A DNA stretch of 64,000 bases, taken from assembly GCA_047456305.1 (NCBI GenBank), contig CP179888.1, positions 317,307 to 381,306 of the forward strand, given 5' to 3'. A program made the position numbers and the translations under genes. Below the pieces are notes generated by a model, which saw only the letters and a list, made by a program, of their open reading frames with translations, had not been told where the DNA came from and searched no databases. This stretch comes from Candidatus Nealsonbacteria bacterium (lineage in GTDB: Bacteria > Patescibacteriota > Minisyncoccia > Minisyncoccales > CAZKCU01). Shown piece by piece: positions 44,411-53,200 of this stretch (positions are counted from its first letter, which is position 1; the number at the start of each line of letters is the position of its first letter).

Positions 44411-45628
44411 ATGCCTAGGTCCCATATTATAACTGGTTTAGACATCGGAACAAGCGCTATAAAAGTCCTGGTTATTCAAAAAAAACCTGGGGAATCAGAA
44501 ATAGAAGTTTTGGAAAAGAACCAACAAAAAGCTTCAGGGATTAGAAGAGGAGTGGTTGTTAATATTGAAGAGGTGGCAGGGATTATCTCTTCTTCTATAA
44601 AGAAAGCTGAGGAGAGGTCAGGTAAGAGAATAAATAGTGTCTACGCTAATATTGGTGGAAGCCACATATTTTGTACCTCTTCTCATGGATTAGTCTCAGT
44701 TTCTCGGGCTGACCAAAAAATTTCTTCAGAAGATATTGAAAGAGTAATTCAGGCTGCCAGGACTTTTTCTTTACCCGCAAATAAAGAAATTTTGGAGGTT
44801 TTTCCTAAAGAATTTATTGTCGATGGGGAAAAAGGAATAAAAGAACCTTTAGGAATGCGAGGGGTAAGGTTGGAAGCTGAAGTATTAGTTCTTGGTGGTT
44901 TTTCTCCCTATTTAAAAAATTTGACTCAGGCAATTTTAAATTCCGACCTCCAGATTAATGACTTAATATTGACTTCTCTGGCCAGCTCAAGAGCGGTTCT
45001 TACCCCTAGAGAGAAAGAATTGGGAGTGGCCCTTTTAGATATTGGGGCCGGGACTAGTTCTCTGGCTGTTTTTGAAGAGGAAGATTTAATTCATACGGCC
45101 ATATTTCCAATTGGATCTGCTAATATTACATCAGATATTGCCATTGGTCTTAGAACTGATATTGATACGGCTGAAAGAATTAAATTAGAATTTGGCTCTT
45201 GCTTGTTTCAGAAAACCAGAAAAAAAGAAAAAATCAAAGGGGAGTTTTTGCCAGAACCATTGGTTTTTTCTCAAAAAAACCTGGTAGAAATTATTGAGGC
45301 CAGGGTTTCGGAAATTTTTGACCAGGTTAATAAAGAATTAAAGAAAATTTCTCGCTTAAGTCTTCTCCCAGCCGGAATAGTTTTAACCGGGGGAGGGGCA
45401 AAATTGCCCAAAATTACTGATCTTGCTAAAAAAGAATTAAAACTTCCTTGTCGGATTGGACTCCCTCTGGGATTTTTTCCTCCCCAGGAAGATCCTTCTT
45501 TATCTGCAGTTTGTGGTTTAGCTCTTAGGGGAGTTGATCTCGAAACCGAAAGAGGTGTATCTGGTTTTAATTTCGGAGAAGGAATTGGAGCAAAACTAAA
45601 AAAAATATTTAAAATTTTTATACCATGA
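44411..45628 (+). CDS. ftsA: cell division protein FtsA
   Basis: 405 aa actin-like ATPase (GLDIGTS, LDIGAGTS, LTGGGA) with a C-terminal amphipathic tail. Confidence 0.9.
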   Translation: MPRSHIITGLDIGTSAIKVLVIQKKPGESEIEVLEKNQQKASGIRRGVVVNIEEVAGIISSSIKKAEERSGKRINSVYANIGGSHIFCTSSHGLVSVSRADQKISSEDIERVIQAARTFSLPANKEILEVFPKEFIVDGEKGIKEPLGMRGVRLEAEVLVLGGFSPYLKNLTQAILNSDLQINDLILTSLASSRAVLTPREKELGVALLDIGAGTSSLAVFEEEDLIHTAIFPIGSANITSDIAIGLRTDIDTAERIKLEFGSCLFQKTRKKEKIKGEFLPEPLVFSQKNLVEIIEARVSEIFDQVNKELKKISRLSLLPAGIVLTGGGAKLPKITDLAKKELKLPCRIGLPLGFFPPQEDPSLSAVCGLALRGVDLETERGVSGFNFGEGIGAKLKKIFKIFIP

Positions 45629-46554
45629 AAACTGCTACTAAAATTAAAGTAGTTGGTGTGGGCGGTTCTGGTTCAAATGCTGTATCGAGAATGATGAAAT
45701 GTAAAATTAAGGGGGTAGATTTGATTGCCATAAATACTGATGCCCAGGATTTAAAAAAAACCAGAGCCCATTTGAAACTTCGGATTGGTAGAAATTTAAC
45801 CAAAGGATTGGGGACAGGAATGAATCCGGAAATCGGCAGAAAGGCTGCCGAAGAAAATAAAGAAGAAATTTCAGAAATTTTAAAAGGTTCAGATATGATT
45901 TTTATTACTGGAGGATTTGGTGGAGGGACTTGCAGTGGGGCAGCGCCAATTGTTGCCCAGATAGCAAAAGGAACTGGAGCCTTGACGATTGCTATTGTAA
46001 CCAAACCTTTTTCTTTTGAAGGTGCTTTTCGCCAGAGGATTGCTGAAAATGGCTTAAAAAAGTTAAAAGAAAAAGTTGATACCTTAATTTCTATTCAGAA
46101 TGATAGACTGCTGGAAATTTTAGACCCCCAAACTTCAGTTTTGAATGCTTTTTGGGTTTGTGATGAAATACTGAGGCAGGCTGTCCAGGGAATTTCCGAT
46201 TTAATTGTTCTTCCGGGGATTATTAATGTTGATTTTGCTGATATTAAAGCAATTATGGAAAATTCAGGGTCAGCTTTGTTTGGGATAGGCAAGGCCAAAG
46301 GGGAAAGGAGAGCGACAGCTGCCGCTCTATCTGCTATTAGTTCGCCCTTACTTAATACATCGATAATTGGAGCAAAGGGAGTTTTATTTAATATTAGCGG
46401 AGACCGAAATATCAGTCTTTCCGAAATAAATGAGGCAGCCAAGGTTATTACTGAGAATGTATCTCCGGATGCCAAAGTAATTTTTGGAGCAGTTCAGTCA
46501 GAAATTTTAAGAAAAGGAGAAATAAAAGTGACTGTAATTGCTACTGGGTTTTGA
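45625..46554 (+). CDS. ftsZ: cell division protein FtsZ
   Basis: GVGGSGSNAV, tubulin signature GGFGGGTCSG, NTDAQ. Confidence 0.95.
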   Translation: MKTATKIKVVGVGGSGSNAVSRMMKCKIKGVDLIAINTDAQDLKKTRAHLKLRIGRNLTKGLGTGMNPEIGRKAAEENKEEISEILKGSDMIFITGGFGGGTCSGAAPIVAQIAKGTGALTIAIVTKPFSFEGAFRQRIAENGLKKLKEKVDTLISIQNDRLLEILDPQTSVLNAFWVCDEILRQAVQGISDLIVLPGIINVDFADIKAIMENSGSALFGIGKAKGERRATAAALSAISSPLLNTSIIGAKGVLFNISGDRNISLSEINEAAKVITENVSPDAKVIFGAVQSEILRKGEIKVTVIATGF

Positions 46555-46583
46555 AAGGACTTTTCCACAGGTTTTGGCTTTAA

Positions 46584-46606
46584 TCCCGGATTGACGGGGT
46601 TTTTTT
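46584..46606 (+). terminator. weak intrinsic terminator after ftsZ
   Basis: TCCCG GATTGA CGGGG followed by T7. Confidence 0.4.
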
Positions 46607-46630
46607 GTTGGGTTAGAATAAAATAATTTA

Positions 46631-46674
46631 GCGGACCGTTCGCTCAACTCACTATAATTTACTCCGTAAATTAT
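46631..46674 (+). repeat. Family B repeat, copy B3
   Basis: GCGGACCGTTCGCTCAACTCACTATAATTTAC TCC GTAAATTAT, ends at ATG 46675. Confidence 0.7.
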
Positions 46675-49600
46675 ATGAAAAATAAAATTACAAAAGTTTA
46701 CCCGCCAAAATTTTCCGAAAGAAAACTTAAGCGGGTGAAAAAAAGAGACGGAGAGATTGTTGAATTTGATCAAGCCAGAATTGAAGAAGCGATTTTTAAA
46801 GCCTTAACATCCTCTGGTCAAGGTGATGGAAAGCGGGCGAAAAAAGTTTCCAAAAGAGTAGTCCAAATTTTAAATCGCCGTTTCAAGAAAACAGAAATTC
46901 CTCAGGTTGAGCAAATCCAGGATATTGTAGAAGAAGTTTTAATTTTAGAAGGCCTGGTTGAAGCTGCCAAGGCTTATATTTTATATAGAGAACAGAGAAG
47001 AAGAATAAGGGAAGCAACAATGGTGGCTGAAGAAGCAGTAGATAGAATTGATCAATACTTAGAAAAATTGGATTGGGAAGTTCAGGAGAATGCTAATATG
47101 GCATTTTCTTTACAAGGGCTGAATCATTATGGGGTTTCTTACATTGTTAAAAAATATTGGCTAAATAAAATCTATCCAAAAGAAATCAGGGAAGCGAATG
47201 AAGGCGGAGACTTGCATATTCATAATTTAGATACTTTAGGTCCTTACTGTGTTGGTTGGGACCTTTATGATTTATTACTTAAAGGATTTGGCGGGGTTTC
47301 AGGAAAAATAGAATCAAAACCAGCCAAACATTTTCAAGCAGCTCTGGGCCAGGTAGTGAATTTTATGTATACACTTCAAGGGGAGGCCGCTGGCGCAATC
47401 GCTTTTTCAAATTTTGATACTCTCTTAGCCCCTTTTATAAAATATGATAACTTGAGTTATCCCCAGGTAAAGCAAGCTCTTCAGGAATTCATGTTCAATA
47501 TGGCTATACCCACTCGGGTCGGATTTCAGTGTGTATCAGAGGATACTGAAATATTAACTCCAGAAGGGTGGAAAGGATATGATGATGTTGAAAGGGGAGA
47601 TATTATTAAAACCTTTAATTTAAAAACAAGGGAAATAGAAGACAAAAAAGTAGATTTTATTTTCAAGAGAAGATATCAAGGAATAATGTATCGATTAAGA
47701 AATAGAATTCAAGATCAGTTAATCTCGCCGCATCATAGAGTTTTGAGAAGAAAATTCAACACCCCAAATTATACCTTACAACCAATTGAAGAAGTTCTAA
47801 AATTGAAATCTCCAATTGTTGTTCCTATCGCTGGTAAAAACTCTGATCCTGAGGCAAAAATTTCTGATGAGCAGATAAAATTGATGGCTTGGATAATAAG
47901 CGAAGGGACTGTGGAAAGACCGGGAAAATATAGATGTTGCCATAGAGTAAGCATTTATCAATCAAAAATTAAAAATAGAAAAAATTACGATGAGATAATT
48001 AACCTATTGAAGCAGTTTAAATTAAATTATGCTAACCATCCAGCTACCTCTTTAGGTGAAGAAGTTCAACAGATTAGATTAAATGCCGAAAGTTCAAGAG
48101 AAATTCATCAGTGGTTTAGAACTCGAGAAAATATTCATTTTATCCCTGATTATTTATTAAATTTAAGCGAAAGACAATCGAGATTATTTTTAGAAACTTA
48201 TTTAAAAGGAGATGGAACTAAAGAATGGAAAATAGCCGCTAGCGATTTAGATTTATTAAGTGACCTTCAAACTATTATTGTTAATTCTGGGTATGGATTT
48301 ACAGTTTTGAAAAGAAAACCAACTGATATCGGTAAAAAGAATATTTACATTTTAAGAATAATTCGCCATCCAGAAACTTATATCACAAAAATAAAGAAAG
48401 TAAATTACGAAGGAATAATATGGTGTCCTCATACAGAAAATGGAACAATAATTGCCAGAAGAAAAGGAAAGGTGTTTATTACAGGAAATTGCCCTTTTAC
48501 TAATATTACCATAGATCTTAAACCCTCTCCGGCTTTCGCTAAACAACCAGTAATTATTGGTGGTAAACCCCAAAAAGAAACCTATGGAGAATTTGAAGAA
48601 GAAATGAAAATGTTTAATAAAGCTCTCTATGAAACAATGTTAGAAGGAGATAAATCAGGAAGGCCTTTTTCTTTTCCGATCCCCACTATTAATATTACTA
48701 AAGATTTTCCTTGGGATGAGCCAGCTTTTGACGGAATTTTTGAAGCTTCAGCTAAATACGGAACAAATTATTTTGCCAATTATATAAATTCGGAAATGGA
48801 CCCCTCTGATGTAAGAAGTATGTGTTTTCCAGCTACCACCAAAATAATTTATAAAGAAGGAAAACACAGTCGCTATCAAAGAACAACTATTAGAAATTTA
48901 GTTAACAATTGGAATCCCCAAAAAGAATTTTCGCTTTTAATAAATGGAAAATGGGTAAAAATTACTGATGCCTTTAAACTCAAAAATAGTTCAGGAAAAA
49001 TTGTTAAAGTTACTTTAAAAAATGGAGAAGTTGTGAAGATGACTCTGGATCATCCAGCGATGATTATAGAAGGCGGAAAGTTGAAACAAGTCTCAGCAAA
49101 AAATTTAAAAAAAGGTAATATTATTCCGATAGCTAAGCAGGGCTACGAAGGTAAATTAGGAGATTTTGAGCTGGGCAGATTTTTAGGTTTGTATATTTCT
49201 GAGGGAGGGGTAACAAAAGAAAATACAGTTTACTTCTCTTTTAATGAAAAAGAAAAAGAGTTTCAAAAATTTGTAAAAGAGATTGCAGAAAGAAGATTCG
49301 CCTTCCCGGTTCATATTACGAAAGACCCAAGATGGAAGACTATCCAGGTTTGGGTAAAAAGTAGAGCAGCGGTAGAATGGGTAAAGAAATTTTGTTCAGG
49401 CCAAACCGCTCCAGAGAAACGGCTTCTTTCTTCTTTATATGGAATGTCAAGAGATTTTAGATTAGGAGCATTAATTGGAATTTATCAAGGAGATGGTTAT
49501 GAAAGAGATGTAGAATTTCACACCACTAATAAAAAATTAAGAAATGATACTGCGGATTTAGCTAGAAGTGTGGGAATTAACTATACAAAAAGAATTAATC

Positions 49601-50826
49601 CTAATAATAGAAAAGGGGAAATACAATTTACTTCTTATGTGTTACGACTTTGCAGGGATAGTTTAAAAGAACTAATACCTCATTTTGAAAACATAAGAAC
49701 GTCAGCATCTTCAATCTTTAAAGATTTTGGCGAGTTTTATGGGATCAAAATTAAATCAGTCAAAGTTCAAAATTATCGCGCTCCGGTTTATGATTTTGAA
49801 GTAGATTCAAAAGAGCACCTTTTTCAATTAGCTAACGGAGTAATCACTCACAATTGTTGCCGTTTGCGATTGAATTTGAAAGACCTTTACAATCGGGGCG
49901 GAGGAGGATTATTCGGGAGTGGCTCGTTAACTGGCAGTATCGGCGTGGTAACCATTAACTTGCCTCGAATTGGCTATCTTTCCAAAACTAAAAAAGATTT
50001 TTTTGAGAGATTGGAAAAAATGATGGATATAGCCAAAGATAGTTTGGAAATAAAAAGAAAGACAGTTGAGAATTTTATTGAAAAAGGTTTGTATCCCTAT
50101 TCCAAATTCTATTTATCAGGAATTAAAAAAATGAGAGATAATTATTGGGGCAATCACTTTTCAACTATTGGCCTGGTTGGAATGAATGAAGCTCTTTTAA
50201 ATTTCATTGGAGAGAATACTGGCTCAAAAAGAGGAAGAAAATTCGCCCTGGAAGTTTTAGATTTTATGAGAAAAAAATTAGTGAAATATCAAAAAGCGAC
50301 TGAAAATATTTACAATTTAGAACAAACACCAGCTGAGAGTACTGCTTATCGTTTAGCTTTAAAAGATAAAGAAAAATATCCAGAGATAATCACAGCTGGG
50401 ACAAAGAAAGTTCCTTATTATACAAATAGTACTCAGTTGCCGGTTAACTATACTGATGATATCTTTGAAGCCCTTAAACTCCAGGATGAAATCCAATGTA
50501 AATACACAGGAGGCAGTGTCCTCCATCTCTTTTTAGGCGAAAGAATTTCTGATATCCAAACAGTGAAAAATTTAATTAAGAAAGTTTTTGAAAATTTCAG
50601 ATTACCTTATATTACTTTAACTCCTACCTTTTCAATTTGCCCGGTTCATGGCTATCTATCCGGAGAGCATTTTTATTGTCCAAAATGCACAATTAAACAG
50701 CTCTGTGAAGTTTACACAAGAATAGTGGGATATTTGAGGCCCCTGTCACAGTTCAATACCGGAAAGCAGCAGGAATTCAAAGAGAGAAAAGAATTTGAAA
50801 TTCCTAAAGTTGCAGTTTTAAAATAA
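46675..50826 (+). CDS. nrdD: anaerobic ribonucleoside-triphosphate reductase (class III), interrupted by two inteins
   Basis: N-terminal ATP-cone (VKKRDGEIVEFD), RSM|CCRLRL active-site cysteine motif, C-terminal Zn cysteines (CPVHG..CPKC) and glycyl-radical motif RIVGYLRP; extein about 719 aa. Confidence 0.9.
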   Translation: MKNKITKVYPPKFSERKLKRVKKRDGEIVEFDQARIEEAIFKALTSSGQGDGKRAKKVSKRVVQILNRRFKKTEIPQVEQIQDIVEEVLILEGLVEAAKAYILYREQRRRIREATMVAEEAVDRIDQYLEKLDWEVQENANMAFSLQGLNHYGVSYIVKKYWLNKIYPKEIREANEGGDLHIHNLDTLGPYCVGWDLYDLLLKGFGGVSGKIESKPAKHFQAALGQVVNFMYTLQGEAAGAIAFSNFDTLLAPFIKYDNLSYPQVKQALQEFMFNMAIPTRVGFQCVSEDTEILTPEGWKGYDDVERGDIIKTFNLKTREIEDKKVDFIFKRRYQGIMYRLRNRIQDQLISPHHRVLRRKFNTPNYTLQPIEEVLKLKSPIVVPIAGKNSDPEAKISDEQIKLMAWIISEGTVERPGKYRCCHRVSIYQSKIKNRKNYDEIINLLKQFKLNYANHPATSLGEEVQQIRLNAESSREIHQWFRTRENIHFIPDYLLNLSERQSRLFLETYLKGDGTKEWKIAASDLDLLSDLQTIIVNSGYGFTVLKRKPTDIGKKNIYILRIIRHPETYITKIKKVNYEGIIWCPHTENGTIIARRKGKVFITGNCPFTNITIDLKPSPAFAKQPVIIGGKPQKETYGEFEEEMKMFNKALYETMLEGDKSGRPFSFPIPTINITKDFPWDEPAFDGIFEASAKYGTNYFANYINSEMDPSDVRSMCFPATTKIIYKEGKHSRYQRTTIRNLVNNWNPQKEFSLLINGKWVKITDAFKLKNSSGKIVKVTLKNGEVVKMTLDHPAMIIEGGKLKQVSAKNLKKGNIIPIAKQGYEGKLGDFELGRFLGLYISEGGVTKENTVYFSFNEKEKEFQKFVKEIAERRFAFPVHITKDPRWKTIQVWVKSRAAVEWVKKFCSGQTAPEKRLLSSLYGMSRDFRLGALIGIYQGDGYERDVEFHTTNKKLRNDTADLARSVGINYTKRINPNNRKGEIQFTSYVLRLCRDSLKELIPHFENIRTSASSIFKDFGEFYGIKIKSVKVQNYRAPVYDFEVDSKEHLFQLANGVITHNCCRLRLNLKDLYNRGGGGLFGSGSLTGSIGVVTINLPRIGYLSKTKKDFFERLEKMMDIAKDSLEIKRKTVENFIEKGLYPYSKFYLSGIKKMRDNYWGNHFSTIGLVGMNEALLNFIGENTGSKRGRKFALEVLDFMRKKLVKYQKATENIYNLEQTPAESTAYRLALKDKEKYPEIITAGTKKVPYYTNSTQLPVNYTDDIFEALKLQDEIQCKYTGGSVLHLFLGERISDIQTVKNLIKKVFENFRLPYITLTPTFSICPVHGYLSGEHFYCPKCTIKQLCEVYTRIVGYLRPLSQFNTGKQQEFKERKEFEIPKVAVLK
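47530..48489 (+). mobile_element. intein 1 in nrdD (320 aa, LAGLIDADG homing endonuclease type)
   Basis: Starts CVSEDTEILT (block A), block B SPHHRV, LAGLIDADG-like MAWIISEGT and LETYLKGDGT, ends VFITGN with +1 Cys (CPFTN); penultimate residue is Gly, not His. Confidence 0.8.
48823..49854 (+). mobile_element. intein 2 in nrdD (344 aa, LAGLIDADG homing endonuclease type)
   Basis: Starts CFPATTKIIY, block B TLDHPAMI, LAGLIDADG-like FLGLYISEGG and LIGIYQGDGY, ends GVITHN with +1 Cys; removal restores the RSMCCRL motif. Confidence 0.85.
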
Positions 50827-50892
50827 TTTATCCCGTTAGAAATTTATTCCAAATAGAACTTCTGATGGGGTAAACTTTTTAATGAGATACTT

Positions 50893-51606
50893 ATGAAAAT
50901 TTCTAAGGGGGTGAAAATTGGTGGTTTGCAAAAAGTAACTTTAATAGATTATCCGGGCAAGATAGCTTGCACCGTTTTTTTAATTGGCTGTAATTTTAAA
51001 TGCCCCTGGTGTTATAGCTCAGAATTAGTTTTGCCAGAAAAAATAAAAAAGCAGCCAAAAATTCCAAAAAAAGATTTTTTTGATTTTTTAAAAAAGAGAA
51101 AAGGATTGTTAGAAGGAGTTGTAATTTGCGGAGGTGAGCCGACTATAAATAAAGATTTGCCAGAATTTATAAAAAAGATTAAAAAATTAGGATATTTGGT
51201 AAAACTTGATACCAATGGTTCAAATCCAAAAATGCTAAAAAGGTTAATTGATAAAAAATTGATAGATTATGTAGCAATGGATGTAAAATTATCAAAAAAA
51301 AGATATCCTCAAATTTTTGGTAAAAAAGTAAGACTTAAAGATATTGAACAAAGTATAAAAATTTTAAAAAAAGAAAAAATAGACAGCGAATTTAGAACAA
51401 CAGTAATTCCCACAATTTTAGATAAAAAAGACATTTTGGACATTGTCCAATGGATTGGGCCTGCAAAAAAATATTATTTGCAAAACTTCCGACCAGAGAA
51501 AACCATTGACCCAAAATTTGAAAAAATAAAACCCTATTCTGAAGAATATTTATTAGAAATCCAAAAAGCAATCGCCCCATTTTTTGAAGTCTGTCAGGTA
51601 AAATAA
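50893..51606 (+). CDS. nrdG: anaerobic ribonucleotide reductase activating protein (radical SAM)
   Basis: CNFKCPWC radical-SAM cluster motif, GGEPT; immediately downstream of nrdD. Confidence 0.85.
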   Translation: MKISKGVKIGGLQKVTLIDYPGKIACTVFLIGCNFKCPWCYSSELVLPEKIKKQPKIPKKDFFDFLKKRKGLLEGVVICGGEPTINKDLPEFIKKIKKLGYLVKLDTNGSNPKMLKRLIDKKLIDYVAMDVKLSKKRYPQIFGKKVRLKDIEQSIKILKKEKIDSEFRTTVIPTILDKKDILDIVQWIGPAKKYYLQNFRPEKTIDPKFEKIKPYSEEYLLEIQKAIAPFFEVCQVK

Positions 51607-51615
51607 CATTAAATA

Positions 51616-53178
51616 ATGACTGCCTCAAAAATCCTTCTTTATTTTTGTCTTTCCTTCATTGGAGGAATTTTTTTAAATTCATTTTTCACTCCGTCCATAA
51701 TTTTTCTATGGCTGGGGTTAACTTCAGGACTAATTTTAATATCAATTTTTTGGCAATATAAAAAAGCGGTTATTATTGGTTTTTGTCTTTTGTTTTTGGT
51801 TTTTGGAATTTGGCGCTACCAAATTAAAGAATTGCAGATTGCAAATAGCAAATTGCAAATTTACAATAATGGGGAAGAGATTACTACTTTAATTGGGACA
51901 GTTTCTGCTGAGCCAGATATTCGAGAAACAAATACTAAACTTATAGTTAAAACAAATAAAATTTTAACAGAGAACGGTTCTCTGTTAATTAGAGAGAAGA
52001 TTTTGGTTACCACTTGGAGATATCCGGAATATCAGTATGGCGATAAATTAAAAATTACTGGAAAGTTAGAAGCTCCAAAGATTTTTGAAGATTTTAACTA
52101 CAAAGATTACCTATTTAAAGAAGGAATTTATTCAGTAATAAATTTTCCCAAAATTGAATTAATTGAGAAAAATCAGGGAAACTTTATCTATACTAAGATT
52201 CTTAATTTCAAAAATAAATTAAGAAAAAGTATTTATCAAAATCTTTCTCCGCCCCAGAGTTCGATTTTAGGGGCGATGATTTTGGGCGATAAAAGAAAGA
52301 TTTCCGAGAATTTAAAACAAAAATTAAATATTGCTGGAGTGAGGCACATTACGGCGATTTCCGGTATGCATATTATGATTCTTTCTGGGGTTTTAATGTA
52401 TTTAGGCATTTTTTTGGGATTATATAGAGGCCAGGCTTTTTATTTTGCTATAACTTTGCTTTCGCTTTTTATTATTATGGTTGGGGCGCCAGCTTCAGCA
52501 ATTAGAGCCGGAATAATGGGTGGGCTTTTTCTTTTGGGCCAAAAATTGGGAAGGTTGTCCTCAAGTTCTCGAGCCATAGTTATGGCAGCAACAGTAATGT
52601 TAGCTGCAAATCCTTTGCTTTTAAAATCAGATGTTGGATTTCAACTCTCATTTTTGGCCGTAATGGGAATAATTTATTTGATGCCTATTTTCAGAAATTG
52701 GATTTCATCTCCACCGCCAAAAAATGTTAAAAAATTTGTCTATCATCTTTATAATTTTCGTTATTATTTTTTCTCAATTATTTTATTAAAAAATCCTGCG
52801 TTCCAAAACATAGCAGCCATGACTTTATCCGCTCAAGTTTTTACTTTGCCAATTCTGATATATAATTTCGGGAGAATTTCTTTAATAGCTCCAATTACTA
52901 ATATTTTAATTGTTCCTTTACTGCCGGCTATTATGGTTTCAGGATTTATTTTTGGCCTATCTGGAATAATTTTTCAACCTTTGGGTTTTGTTCTTTCTTG
53001 GCCGACCTGGTTATTATTAACTTATCTGGCAAAAATAGTAGATTGGTTCTCGAGCATTCCTTTTGCTTCTTTAACTTTAGAAATTTCTTGGATTTGGCTG
53101 ATAATTTTTTATTTAATCTTGGGCTACTTTGTTTGGCGATTACAAGAGAAACAAAAATTAAAATTTTTAAACTATTAA
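51616..53178 (+). CDS. comEC: DNA internalization competence protein ComEC/Rec2 (membrane domain only)
   Basis: 520 aa polytopic; OB/DUF4131-like N-terminus and competence domain (GVRHITAISGMHI). Confidence 0.8.
   Translation: MTASKILLYFCLSFIGGIFLNSFFTPSIIFLWLGLTSGLILISIFWQYKKAVIIGFCLLFLVFGIWRYQIKELQIANSKLQIYNNGEEITTLIGTVSAEPDIRETNTKLIVKTNKILTENGSLLIREKILVTTWRYPEYQYGDKLKITGKLEAPKIFEDFNYKDYLFKEGIYSVINFPKIELIEKNQGNFIYTKILNFKNKLRKSIYQNLSPPQSSILGAMILGDKRKISENLKQKLNIAGVRHITAISGMHIMILSGVLMYLGIFLGLYRGQAFYFAITLLSLFIIMVGAPASAIRAGIMGGLFLLGQKLGRLSSSSRAIVMAATVMLAANPLLLKSDVGFQLSFLAVMGIIYLMPIFRNWISSPPPKNVKKFVYHLYNFRYYFFSIILLKNPAFQNIAAMTLSAQVFTLPILIYNFGRISLIAPITNILIVPLLPAIMVSGFIFGLSGIIFQPLGFVLSWPTWLLLTYLAKIVDWFSSIPFASLTLEISWIWLIIFYLILGYFVWRLQEKQKLKFLNY
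51830..51864. repeat. 7-nt periodic tandem array H12 inside comEC
   Basis: AATTGCA GATTGCA AATAGCA AATTGCA AATTTAC; translated ELQIANSKLQIY. Confidence 0.75.
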
Positions 53179-53200
53179 AAAATAAGATAAAATAAAAGAT

